64,000 nt of DNA from Macrostomum lignano (taxonomy: Eukaryota), in assembly GCA_002269645.1 (NCBI GenBank), contig NIVC01000151.1, positions 372,001 through 436,000 of the forward strand. The letters run 5' to 3'. A program made the position numbers and the translations under genes. Below are positions 44,715 through 56,720 of the stretch, one piece after another; within the stretch, counting starts at the first letter, position 1, and each line of letters starts with the position of its first letter. The notes below the pieces were generated by a model that ran no database searches, was not told where the DNA came from, and saw nothing but the letters and a program-made list of their open reading frames with translations.

Positions 44715-47636
44715 GAACCAAACAGACGGAGACAGACAGAGAGACAGACAGACGGACAGACAGACAAGCCTCACCTGAAAGTCTATACCCATTACGATGG
44801 GCCGGAGGCTGGAAGCCACATCAAAGTCCGTAGAGTAGAAGCACATGCGGTCGGCGCGGCAGTCTTTGTCGCCGGCGGCCACATCGCGCGAGCCGTGTCG
44901 GTCTTTATGCAGCTGAAGGTTAACCAGGCTGACCCGGCTGGGGTAGCGGAAGTTGAACACCGGCGTGAGGGTCTTGCGCTTCTGAAGCTCGACCAGCACC
45001 TTGTCGTCGGTGATGGGGTGCACCTACAGGCAGCGGGATGGGAGTTCGAACTCGACTGAGGGCAGAGTTTTGGCGACATCAACCTACAGGCCGAGGTGAG
45101 GCTAGCAGGCGGAGTGCACAGCAGCCAGCGTTCTTTGGGCTCTCGAACATGGTGGGTGTCAGCACTGGGGGAGCCACTGCAGGAACCAATCCAGGGCCCA
45201 CACCAGGAATCACTTCATGGGTCTTTGCGTGGAACACAATACATGTAGAAACTACTCTAGTGACCACAACAGGGTCACTCCAGTAGTCATAACAAGGGTT
45301 ACTCCAGTGGCCACAAGGGTCACTCCAGTGTCCACAAGGGTCACTCCAGTACGTGGTCACAGCACAGCAGGGTCACTCCAGTAGTTACAACAAGGGTTAC
45401 TCCAGTGGCCACAAGGGTCGCTCCAGTGGCCAAAACAGGGTCACTCCAGTGGCCACAGCAGGGATCACTCCAGTCACCACAGCAGGGATCACTCCAGTCA
45501 CCACAGCAGGGATCTAGGGCCCACTCCAGAAGAGGACGGTGCGATACCGGTCTAGCTGGTTGAAACCGGCTACCTTGAACCTGACAAGACCAGTTGGAAC
45601 CAGCAGCTCACCTTGAACGTCAGCCTGTTAGTATCGCGTTCGAAGGTAATTTCGGACACGCCCTTCTGGTTGATGATGTTCAGGTCCTTCAGATAGACAT
45701 CGTCAATCTTAAACATGGCCATCACCTCCACGCCGATGGCTTTGAGCTTAGCGGTGACCTCGGGCTTGAGAGCCACGGAGAACTCGGCCCCGGACGCGGT
45801 GGAGCAGCGCTGCTCCGAGCAGTTCCTGGCCCTGCTCAGGTCAAAGCTGGCAGGAGTTGGCCGATGTAGGAAGAACACGCTGCTGCCGGACTCCACGACG
45901 TATTTCGGCATGCCGATCTTCTCAGCGTCCGCTTTGCCGACGGTGGCCCGGCAGATAACGCGGTGGGTGAAGTCCCTGCCGGTCGAGGAGTCACCGGGCG
46001 GCACCCTGCTCACCGTGATGTTGATGGTCCGCCTGTCCGTCAGGGAGGTCAGCGTGTCCACCGACACCGTCCGCGAGCCAAACAGCGAGTTGAACTCGCT
46101 CATCCGCAGCTCCTTCCAGTCCGCGCTTTCGCGAACGGCCGGCGAATAGAACACGGGCTCGGCGGTCACTTGAGCGACGTTGTTGAAATAAGTGGAGCAG
46201 TTGTAGGACATGGACTCGCCCTCCATGGCGTAGATGACGGCTGGCAGGCTGCCGGACACTTCGCTGGGGCCATCGGACGGCTTGTAGCTGAATTGCGGCA
46301 TGCTGACTACGTCCGCGTTAAATGTGAACTTCTTGTTGCCCGCCTCGCACATGTACTGGCCGGCGTGACGGTTCTGCGCCGTCGGCGGGAACTCGATGAT
46401 GTTGCCTGTCTTGGAAACCCGGATGCCGTCAACCTCGGTCCAGTCCTTGGTGCTCATGGGGGTCAGAGCCTTCCTCCTGTGGTCCTTGCTGGTGTGCGTG
46501 AACTTGTAGACAGTGAGCGGGTCCGAGCAGATGATGGGGCACACCAGCGGCGTGTGGTCCATGCCGGAGAATATGGAGATCGGCTCCTCATTCACGTTGT
46601 CGGGCAGAGAGCAGTCAGGCGCGTTGACTCCCTGCTTGGTGTACATCACCTTGTCTCTGGGGATCTTCTGCTCAACGGAGAAGGTCCGGTCGTATGGTTG
46701 GCCCTGGCCGGAAAAAGACAGCGTGGCGCAGATGCCGACCTGCGTCGGCGAGCGCCCCTCGAAGGAATTGAAAATGCTGGCGCTGAGGCCGTAGGCGGCG
46801 TAGTGCAGCCTGCCGGTGGCCAGGTTCAGGTGGATGTGCTTGAGCAGGTTCTGCGCCTTGTCGTCAAGCTTTGAATGATAATTCACGAACAGGGCCGCCC
46901 GGGACACCTGGTAGTTCTCGCAGGACCCGGCATCGAAGTTGAGCACGGCTCCCATGTTGATCTTGGCCCTGAGAAACGGCGGGGCATTTCTTAGCGCGTT
47001 GACCACGGAGGGGTCGAGAAATTCCTTAAAGCCGAAGTTGGACTCCATCTTCAGGTTCTTGAGAAACGACACGGCATCCGGCGTCAGAAAGCGAGTAGAG
47101 ATGGACGAGCCGCTGGACGTCTTGCTTCTGTATTTGCCCAGGGGTTCCAGACTCCACACGAACAGGCTGTTGGACACCAGCTTCACCTCCGGCTGTCCGG
47201 CCACAAGCACTTCCACCAACAGCTCCAGCTTGCTGTTGAACACGTCGTAGGAGCCCAGCGGCGTATCCAGCAGCTTGAACTCGTAGGAGCCCTCCTTGGC
47301 ATCGATGATGCGCACCGAGAACGGGATCTGCGTGCTCTCGCACCGCTCCTGGTGGCGGGTCACCGATGACAGGTCGATGGTGTTGAAGGTGGCGCTATTG
47401 GCGCACTTGTACTTGAGAACGGCCGAGTGGCCGATGTCCGCCCTGCCCTCCAGGGCGATCTTGATCTTCAGGCTCTTGTCGGGCATTAGGAAGGCCATCA
47501 TGTTCGGGCTGCCGACCTCCCAGACTTCGTCCCAAGAAAGGAGAATCTTGCCAGTCTGGGAGAAGTTAAAGCGCACCTTGTCCTCTGCAGCCGCGGCTGC
47601 CAGGCACAGCACCAGGACACAGCCGAGAGACAACAT
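40576..47636 (-). CDS. Type I membrane Ig-superfamily protein (~895 aa) with an L1CAM/neuroglian-type cytoplasmic tail (FIGGY)
   Basis: Exons (minus): 47636-45612 (signal peptide [17 protein letters not shown]; Ig-like segments with [10 protein letters not shown] and SYNC..VICRAT), 45023-44775, 44464-44137 ([25 protein letters not shown]; [20 protein letters not shown]), 40661-40576 ([15 protein letters not shown]). Phases are compatible. Confidence 0.88.
40685..41155. repeat. 30-bp intronic array (TCTGCGGAGCTGGCAGTGGGGAACCGGGGA)n
   Basis: Direct reading. Confidence 0.93.
42125..42795. repeat. 34-bp intronic array (GACCGAAATACTTGTGAGCAGGATTCTTTCACAA)n
   Basis: Direct reading. Confidence 0.95.
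43692..44142. repeat. 31-bp array built from the exon/intron 5' splice junction (TGATGTCG|GTGAGTGATTG), ~14 copies
   Basis: Direct reading; the last unit overlaps the real donor at 44136-44135. Confidence 0.93.
44505..44766. repeat. (GACA)n/(GA)n microsatellite, intronic; a 21-bp array lies at ~45260-45515 in the next intron
   Basis: Direct reading. Confidence 0.93.
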
Positions 47637-49066
47637 CCTGCTGAGGAAATAGTTTCAATGAGGCCTATTTTAGACACAAATGAATGCAAAAAGCAAGGCA
47701 AAAATAAAACTTGTGTTTATTTTATATTGGGGCCTAGGTCTAGGGTAAGATTTTATTAAATGTTTTTTGAATTTAAAATATTTAATAAATCTTAATGGCT
47801 TAAGTATAAAGACCCCTTACTTTTCAAAGTTTTTCAAGTAATAAAAAGGTTTAAATTTTTTTGTATTTGGAATCTGTAACATTTTTCATAATGCATTTTG
47901 CCTAATTAAGTATGATGATCATTTTGGCTAGAAATTCCTTTTACATTATAAATATGTTCTTTTTGTACTTAACAAATCTCTATGCACATGTATTTTATGC
48001 TTTATTCTATATTATCTATACATAATGAATAAATATTTTATAACCAAAATAGCGGCCTAAACATTTGCAACAACATCTTTAGAGAGTTAGCCTAGGCTAA
48101 AAATGTATAAAGTAGGGAATTTAGAGAGATTTTAAAAGTTAACATTGTAGACATATGCTGGAATGAAAATACTAGTTTTTTCAAGTCTATATTCATTAAT
48201 AAAATTGATATAAATTAAATTTTGTTATATCAAGCAATCAAGCATAAAGTTGTTTACAATACATGGCATATTCAAACTTTTTAGAGAATATATATTTTTA
48301 GAAATAAGAGTTTTACTAAAATTTTTGTGTCTTTTTTGATAGAATTTTTTTTTGTTTTACCTTTGTTTCTTTGAAAATTCTATATGCTAAGTATATGCCA
48401 AGTTTTTTCAACAAGGGCAAAAATATGTCAGAATTTTCTAGTAAAAAGGCCACCCTCTAGATTATGGTCATGACCCTTTAATCCCAGTATCTACTAGGAC
48501 TAAAAAATCCTCAATAGGAGCAAATGTATAGATTGAATTTAGTATTGGATTAGAGAATATATAAAAACAGTAGTATAGTGCAAGAAGACCACTTAGGCCC
48601 AGAATACATAATACACTATTGACTATATAATCTAATATACTATAAATGGTCTGTTGGTATCTAGGTAGGTAGGTAGGTATATGATCAATTTTAGCAAATA
48701 TGGTTCAACTGATTTTCTTTGAACTTGTACTGTTCAATCAAAAATATGCTACTAATTTTGCATGACTTGCTACTAATACATAGTATAGTATATTGAGATA
48801 TATTAGCTGGTTTTTTGTGCGAATGGGTGCGAATAGCATCCTGGTCTTAAAAATTGCACCCTGAAATTTGACTCAGGGTACAAAAAGCGCACCCAAATTT
48901 TTGCAAGGATGTGATGTGGGTTTTACAATTTAGTGTTTTACTGTTATGGGCATCTTAAGTCCATAACTTCATATTCTTAGAATTAGCCGGTAATTTTTTA
49001 ATCTTTAAGTTTAATTAATGTAAAGCAATTGTCAACTATCAATTAGATTTTGGTATTGGTAAGCAC

Positions 49067-49181
49067 CTGGGGTTTTTTTGTGCAAATGGGTGCGAATAGC
49101 ATCCTGGTCTTAAAAATTGCACCCTGAAATCTAGCACAGGGTACAAAATCGCACCCAAGTTATGGACGAAAAAAACCCCAG
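49067..49181. mobile_element. Small foldback/MITE-like element with 13-bp TIRs (CTGGGGTTTTTTT); a second, partial copy lies at ~48807-48900
   Basis: Inverted ends, internal inverted GGGTGCG/CGCACCC, and an ~85-bp direct repeat of the internal part; no TSD found. Confidence 0.55.
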
Positions 49182-50566
49182 TATATTAGTAAGATTATCT
49201 TAAGCAAGCTAAAAGAGCTAGCAACAACATTGGTGACATTAATAAGATTGTAAAGGGAGAATAAAAAGCAGTAAGCATTATAACAACTTTATAACCTCAT
49301 AGTGAGATATTAAGAGATTAAAAATATAGAGGTGACCCTTGGAACAACTTTGGTGCTAGCATTAAGCTAGAATCTAGATGTTATATATATATATACATTA
49401 GTCATTAGAAAATTCTAATATACAGAAAGACCTAAAGTATATCATTGGCATTGATATATAAATTGGCCTTCTTGGTATAACAGGTAAGACCAAGTTATGA
49501 GTCCCAACCAATGTATATAGTTAGCATATAAAAAATGACCCAGTTTAAGTTTAATAATAGGCCTAGTCTATATGTATCTAGTTAGAATAGTTATTATAAG
49601 CTTAAAATATAGATTGTCTTATTTGCTTTTGTTTTTATACATATATACAAATATTTTATTTATAGGACCTATCTAACCCTAATTAAAAGGCAAACTAGAA
49701 ACTTTGAACCAGGCCTAAATAAACAATAAAGTAGACAAATGAATACCTAAAATGTTAAAAAGTTATGTTAAAATATTACAAATGAAATAATTATTATTAA
49801 AACTAAGTTTTTGGGCAAAATTAGAAAGGATTACAATGCCAAATAGACATTACAAAAACATGGAAAATTTAAGATATAAAAAGTTTGGAGGCTGAGTCAA
49901 GGCCTAACTTTTTTACTTGACCAATTTTCAAAAGCAAGGTGTCTTTTATTTTAGGCTTAGGCAAATGAGAGTTTTCAAATGGAATATAAAAAAATACTAA
50001 ATTAACTTTTGAAATCTCACTTGAGTCCCTACCAACAAAAATGTGTTATTCAATCTTATGTTATGTCACAAGCTTAGGCCTAGGCGCCTAGACCATCGGA
50101 TCGGATCATTGAATTTAACAAATGGTTTATTTGGCCGTTATTTTGACCCTATTCCATGTCCTATGCCAAAACTTTTAAAATCTTGTGTGCCATAGCATAG
50201 CCGAGCAACATAAGTATTGTTGATAACCTATACCTATTGATAACATGACACAAGGCCGCATGACCATATTAAGTAGGTCGAGTCGAGTCGAGCCCTTGTT
50301 AAGATAGCGCAAATGATATTATAACAAACGGAACGATAAACACCAATTCAAAGTGGTCGAATTAATATATTAAACACTTTTAGTAGGAGATAAGAAAGCG
50401 ATATTTATTTTATTTACAATGTAAAGGCACAATGCATTTACTAAAGCATTTCAACTTAAAATTGAGTGTTAAAATCTAGTCCACTTAAAGAACTAAGTTG
50501 CACTCGGAGTGGACACTAAAAGTTCAAATTGTTCCGATCATTAAATGGGTGCCAATCCTATTTTAG

Positions 50567-50697
50567 CAGTGGCGCAACCAGAAATTTTTTGGCGGGGTGG
50601 CCCTGTTGGCAGTAAGGTCAAAATGCGCTTGGTTAATCCCCTTTGTTTTTTTGGTGCTCCGCTCCGTGGGTGGCGACCGCCCCCTGTTGCGCCAGTG
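50567..50697. mobile_element. 131-bp hAT-type MITE
   Basis: TIR CAGTGGCGCAAC / GTTGCGCCAGTG (11/12) and a perfect 8-bp TSD TATTTTAG (50559-50566, 50698-50705). Confidence 0.85.
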
Positions 50698-50807
50698 TAT
50701 TTTAGGTCTGTAAATATTTAGATGTAAAATACAATATTTATCAAGCCAAAACGTCGTTTATTGCCTCTACAAAAGAAATAGCAAGTACTTTTATGACTCA
50801 TAGTTTA

Positions 50808-51238
50808 CTATACCTTTCTGCAATCAATCTCGTCGTTTTTGCGTTCAATTTCGGCGCGAGCGCTAGTGTGCAGTCCAAACAACTGAGCCATAGACACTGG
50901 GCAACTTTTGCGTTCAAATTCGGCCTTTTTGCGTCCTATTTCGGCAGCGCAATCACATGGGCCGCACTGTGGGCACAGTTCGAATGTTTTTGCCATAGAC
51001 ACTTTCTCACTCGATCGCATTCAGTGAGGGTGGGACGAAAAATTTGTCTCCTAAAGCAGGCCTATAGTCGTCTCCGCAAGTATGTTTGATGCCGTAAGCT
51101 GCCGAAATAGGACGCAAAAAGGCCGAATTTGAACGCAAAAGTTGCCCAGTGTCTATGGCTCAGTTGTTTAGACTGCACACTAGCGCTCGCGCCTAAACCG
51201 AACGCAAAAACGACGAAATTGATTGCAAAAAGGTATAG
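50808..51238. mobile_element. ~430-bp MITE with ~140-bp TIRs, flanked by TA (Tc1/mariner-type target)
   Basis: CTATACC...CGGCAGC (50808-50948) is inverted at 51097-51238 with few mismatches; TA on both sides. Confidence 0.85.
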
Positions 51239-52094
51239 TATTTGCAACTTGAGTACCGTACTGCTTACGAGTTATTTATGGACCGCCCAGTTTATTAGTT
51301 CATCATATACATACACAAGTAGTCGTACTAATGCTGTTAAGCTACATGTGCAAATAATGGCAAAGCAACAAGCAGTATCAAGGCTTCTGCAGATGGAAAT
51401 GTAAAATTTTGTTTAAGACAGTAGATTGCATAACTTACATGATTAAAAAACTATTTTTGTAATTATAGTTTTACAAAACTTCGAAACGTAATATTTATTT
51501 TATAAGGTCAAAACCTTAATATATCAAAGCACCTTTAATCAAAGAAGAAAATTAATGATTTTAGGGCAGTCAAAACCGGCAGTCAAATTGACTGGCGCAC
51601 AAGCACTTTGGTCAATGGAAAACAAACCAACACAGCAGGCAAATCATCTAGAACTTTGAAGATACAGAGGCGCTGCAATTGAAAAACTAGCAAAAAATAT
51701 AATCAACGGTACATTGCTACTCAAAACAATAAGCGCTAAGGAAAAGGCAGTTTTGAGTAAAATAAATGATTGGAAATTGCAAGATCGACACAAAAAATCG
51801 AAGGGACCGCACTCTGAGAAAAACTGGACACCGATTGATATTGCAAAAGTGAAAAAAGCCACCAGTGCATGTCATGTTTGGAGAAAAGTTTACTTGAAAC
51901 TTCTCACAAATTAGATTTAAAAAATCTTCATCGGCCAGTGCCAGGGCTGATGAACTCTGGAAATTGGTGCGGCATCTGTGCGAGATTGCAGGGTGAGGCG
52001 TCGGGGGCATGCGGTTGTATTTAAAAATAAAATATGGAAAGAAAAAGTTCACCATAGAACAGAATTTATTGGCAAAATTTGTTTTATGAAAACT

Positions 52095-52218
52095 TCACTC
52101 ACAGAAACTCCCGGATTCACTCACAGAAACTCCCGGATTCACTCACAGAAACTCCCGGATTCACTCACAGAAACTCCCGGATTCACTCACAGAAACTCCC
52201 GGATTCACTCACAGAAAG
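52095..52218. repeat. 22-bp array (CACTCACAGAAACTCCCGGATT)n just 3' of EndoU
   Basis: Direct reading. Confidence 0.9.
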
Positions 52219-52320
52219 TCGATTTCACCCCGGAATCTCACAGACGCAGATTCACCCACACTTGCAGATTCACCCAAGCTCAGTACTCAAAGGAGTCCCC
52301 ACACGCCAAAGCGAGGCCGC

Positions 52321-55020
52321 TCAATCGATGAGCTCCGGGTAGCAGGTGGCGAGGCAGCCGGGCCCGATGGTGTGGCAGAAGACCCGCACCCGGTGCGGCC
52401 CGATCCGAGCCTGCGGCCGTTGGCCCCCGCAACACAGAAAGGCAACGGTGTACAAGGCGAGTTCGAACTCCGGACTGACGCCGACAAAGCCGCCGCCGCG
52501 CGGTTTGACGGGCCCGTCATCCAGGCTGAACTTCAGCGCGGCCAGGCCTGGCTGCCCGTCCACGCCCGGCGCGGCGGTGCCTCGCCTGTAGTAGCCGAAG
52601 TAGTTGAGGCGGCCCGCCCGCTCCAGCAGGTACAGCTGCAGCCAGTTGTGCGCGCCCGTCACCGAGGCCGCCTCCGAGTCCGAGCCGTCCTCGGAGCGGG
52701 TCTCGCCGACAAACACGTGCTCGAATGCGCTGGAGTCCTGGCGGCGGGGCGACAGATAATGCAATGCTGCCTTCTGATTGGCTGCTCTGCTCTCAGGCTT
52801 CATTAAGTCCCCGAAGCTGGTCACTGATTGGCTGCTCTGCTCTCAGGCTTCATTCAGTCCCCCAAGCTGGTCACTGATTGGCTGCTCTGCTCTCAGGCTT
52901 CGATCAGTCCCCCAAGCTGGTCACTGATTGGCTGCTCTGCTCTCAGGCTTCATTCAGTCGCCCCAGCTGGTCACTGATTGGCTGCTCTGCTCTCAGGCTT
53001 CATTCAGTCGCCCCAGCTGGTCACTGATTGGCTGCTCTGCTCTCAGGCTTCATTCAGTCGCCCCAGCTGGTCACTGATTGGCTGCTCTGCTCTCAGGCTT
53101 CATTCAGTCGCCCCAGCTGGTCACTGATTGGCTGCTCTGCTCTCAGGCTTCATTCAGTCGCCCCAGCTGGTCACTGATTGGCTGCTCTGCTCTCAGGCTT
53201 CATTCAGTCGCCCCAGCTGGTCACTGATTGGCTGCTCTGCTCTCAGGCTTCATTAAGTCGCCCTGCAGCTGGTCACTGCTTGGCTGCTTTGCTCTCAGGC
53301 TTCATTATTACGTCTGAGATCATTTTCACTTGTCTGAGATCACCTGCGCTTGTCTGAGTCTCTGAGATCACCTGCGCTTGTCTGAGATCACCTGCCCTTG
53401 TCTGAGATCATCTTCACTTGTCTGAGATCATCTTTACTTGTCTGAGATCATCTTCACTTGTCTGAGATCATCTTCACTTGTCTGAGATCATCTTTACTTG
53501 CCTGAGATACCTGCGCTTGCCTGAGATCACCTGCACTTGTCTGAGATCATCTTCACTTGTCTGAGATCATATTCACTTGCCTGAGATCACCTGCGCTAGC
53601 CTGAGATCACCTGCACTTGTCTGAGATCATCTTCACTTGTCTTGAGATCATATTCACTTGCCTGAGATCACCTGCACTTGTCTGAGATCATCTTCACTTG
53701 TCTGAGATCATATTCACTTGCCTGAGATCACCTGCGCTAGCCTGAGATCACCTGCACTTGTCTGAGATCCAGAGTGGGACTAAACACCAACTGAACCCAG
53801 CCTGCTCCTACCGGGCCATCAGCCGCTTACTCGTACCTGGAGGTTCCTGGGGCCGCCGCGCACCCGCTTGTACATGCGGAACCAGATCTGGTCCAGCTCC
53901 GCGGCGAAACCTCGAACGCTCTGGCTGGCGAGGCCACGCCCGGCCAGGAACCGGTGAGCCGCCCGCATCGGCCGCGTGTCCAGACAGGCCTGGATGAAGG
54001 CGGCGTTCTCGCTCAGCTCCTCCGCTGTCACCGACTCCGGGACGCCCACCGCCAGCTCGTAGTTGTCCAGCAGGGCGGCGAATGCTGCGGCGGGATGGGG
54101 GTGGCACACCGGTTGAGAGACACCGGCTGGTAATGTAAGACACCTATTTGGTAGGAAACCTGGGACACCAGTTGGTAATGTAAGACACCGGTTATTACTC
54201 TAATTACTGGCTAATGTAAAGACACTGGCTAGGGATATGAGACACTGGGTGATGATATGAGACACTGGGTGATGATATGAGACACTGGGTGATGATATGA
54301 GACACTGGGTGATGATATGAGACACTGGGTGACGATATGAGACACTGGCTAAGTAAGTACTGAGCTACTGAGTAAGCACAGATCCGCACAGTTACAAGAT
54401 TAACAGGACAGCAAGAGTTCGAGCTCGGCGCAGGCACAGAGCTGGCCCAGACTCACCCCGGTAGGTGGGCCGTGCAAGCACGCGGTCCTCGTCAAGCCAG
54501 AGGAAGAGTGGCTCAGATGAGCGATTGGCATCTCCATCTGAGCGCCGCAAAGAGGCTGTAGGATGGAGTGCAGGGCAGGTACAGTGGAATCTCAGAGACA
54601 TTATAAATCAGAGCAAAAAAGTACAATGTAAGCGAGCTGAAGGTTATGACAATATCAGTCATGCCTTCTTTGATATGCTACAGTACCTTAGTATCATGCT
54701 TGGACGCAACCTAGGGATTCACCCGGCCATCTCTATTGGCAACACACACATGTAAGTCGCTATTGGACAGAATAGTAGTCACGTGACTCCTCTCAGCCAA
54801 TAGCGACTTACATGCGTGTGTTGCCAATAGAAACGGCCGAGTGATTCCCAAGGTTGCGCATGTATGCTTAGTATGAAAATAGATTAAAATGTAGCTAAGA
54901 TTAGGCTTTACACTGCAAGTTGAGCTTATAGTCTTCCCCAGAGAGGCAGCGGTTATCATCCACATCCCACAGCTCTGTAAAAATATGAGACAGCTCATCT
55001 TCAGATATTGAGCTAGCCAT
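52321..55020 (-). CDS. ENDOU: Poly(U)-specific endoribonuclease EndoU/XendoU family, complete, 284 aa, no signal peptide
   Basis: Exons (minus): 55020-54912 (MASSISEDELSHIFTELWDVDDNRCLSGEDYKLNLQ), 54537-54457 (PLFLWLDEDRVLARPTY), 54084-53837 (AFAALLDNYE..IWFRMYKR), 52737-52321 (DSSAFEHVFVGE, GAHNW, VKP, GVSPEFE, TCYP). Total 855 nt, phases compatible, catalytic His-His-Lys present. Confidence 0.93.
52778..53768. repeat. Two adjacent intronic arrays: 50-bp unit (~52778-53300) and 20-bp unit CTGAGATCACCTGCACTTGT (~53310-53768); another 20-bp array at ~54235-54345
   Basis: Direct reading. Confidence 0.93.
54724..54839. other. Long hairpin in EndoU intron 1: 43-bp arms, 30-nt loop with central GTCACGTGAC
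   Basis: 54724-54766 vs the reverse complement of 54797-54839: 3 mismatches. Confidence 0.9.
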
Positions 55021-55599
55021 TTTAAATCAAGCTGAAATTCAAGTAAATTTATGTTAGAGTAGAGAAATAATAGAATAGCAAGATAAGAATGATTTTTTAA
55101 TAAGAAACAAAATTAGTTAAAAATGTCTAAATATAAGCCTAATAAACATTCAGTCCACAATTAATTATTTAAATTGTTCCATTTGTAAGATAAAATTATT
55201 GTTTTAGATTTGGCAAACTCACACTTCTATTTAGTAAACTAAACCACTATCTAAATATAGTCTATGACTAACCATTTACTTCAAATACTACTAGAACTTG
55301 ATTTACCATTGGTGTAGGCCTATTATATATAGTACACTCATTTACGTTTGTTTCACTTAGGGAATTTTCAGATTTAGAATTGTTTGCTATGTCAAAATGA
55401 TTTACAAAATATAAATGCAAGATAACCATAAATTTTTTATTCCAAGATTATGGCATGCAAATAAAATTTATATAATAGCTTAAGAATAATAAACTTATAC
55501 TAATGATCATGTCTCATAATTTCTAATCAAGGAATTGACAAACAATTTTACCTCCTAGGCAAGATAAAGAATCTGGCTCTTGGCTATGGGCTAGAATGC

Positions 55600-55995
55600 T
55601 AGATGAGAGTAAAAAGAAAAGGGAATAGAAAACAAGTACAAGAGCTGAGAAAAGATTAAAGTGGCAAGAGATGAGATAAGAGGAAAAGAAGAGGAAAGAG
55701 AAAAGGAGAAAGAAAAGAGAGGTTAGAAGGTAGAGAGTGAAAAGAGGGAGATGAGAGAAAAGAGAGAGATAGAAGAGAAAAAAGGAAGATAGGAGAGAGC
55801 AGATGATAGGGTAGCAAAGAGAGAGAAGAGAGACAAGTTAGAGAAAAAAAGGAAAGAGAAAAAAGGAAAGTGAAGAGAGGAAAAGGCCAGAGAGGAGGAG
55901 AGGGGAAAGTGGAAAGAGAAATGAGAAGAGGGGAGCAAAAAGAGGGAGAGAGAAAAAGGGAAAATGAGAGAAAAGAAAAGAGCTAAAAAGAGATG
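55600..55995. repeat. Polypurine (A/G) low-complexity tract
   Basis: Direct reading; almost no pyrimidines on the + strand. Confidence 0.85.
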
Positions 55996-56240
55996 CCAAT
56001 ATTAACTAGGTCAGATAAAAAGGCTTTATAGGCTGCATGTAACCCGTCTGCCATCTAATATCTTAACATATTAATGATTAGAGAAATGCATCATTGGACA
56101 TTGTAGCTAATATTAATAAATATTTTGCTGATCAGCAAATAAAGTATTAGGAATCTTATCTTATAATAGTATTTGTCTATTTTATCAAATATGCTAGCAA
56201 TTATAAAAAATCATAATATATAACTTTCTAAAGTTGTACT

Positions 56241-56720
56241 CCAGCATGGAATTCTTGCATCTGGCATATAAAACGGAAAATTGCGACTTTTTTCGGCGCG
56301 CAATTCCATATTGAACCAAATGCAATTTTTACAATCTTAAACAAAATTTAGTGGCGCAATTTTTGGCATTACTAATTGTCAAAATAACGTTTTGCGATAG
56401 TCTCATACTCCCATTTTCATATGACTCATTACAATAAATAGAATACTGATTATCTTTGTTTTTTGAGTTAAAATTTTTAAATTTGAACAGTTCGTAAATA
56501 ACGAACAATAAAATGTTACGTTTTTGTAGTAATTCTACATTTATTACTGTAAAGTCGGTAATTTAAACTGTGCAAACAGTCGCAAAATAATTCGCAATTT
56601 TTGTCGCATTTTTTGCAGCCTGTATAGGTGCGCAATTTCTTTTTGCGTTGCGCAATTTTTCGCATTTTTTTCCTGAACGCAAAAACGCGTTGCAATTTTC
56701 GTGCAAGAATTCCATCCTGG
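56241..56720. mobile_element. 480-bp non-autonomous DNA transposon with 8-bp TSD (hAT/P/Merlin type)
   Basis: TIR CCAGCATGGAATTCTTGCA vs CCAGGATGGAATTCTTGCA (18/19); TSD GTTGTACT at 56233-56240 and 56721-56728. Confidence 0.87.

Noticed and set aside
47650-50500. AT-rich block as horizontally acquired or organellar DNA
   Set aside because: No ORFs, tRNA or rRNA features recognisable; it is interspersed with MITEs, consistent with TE-derived intergenic DNA.
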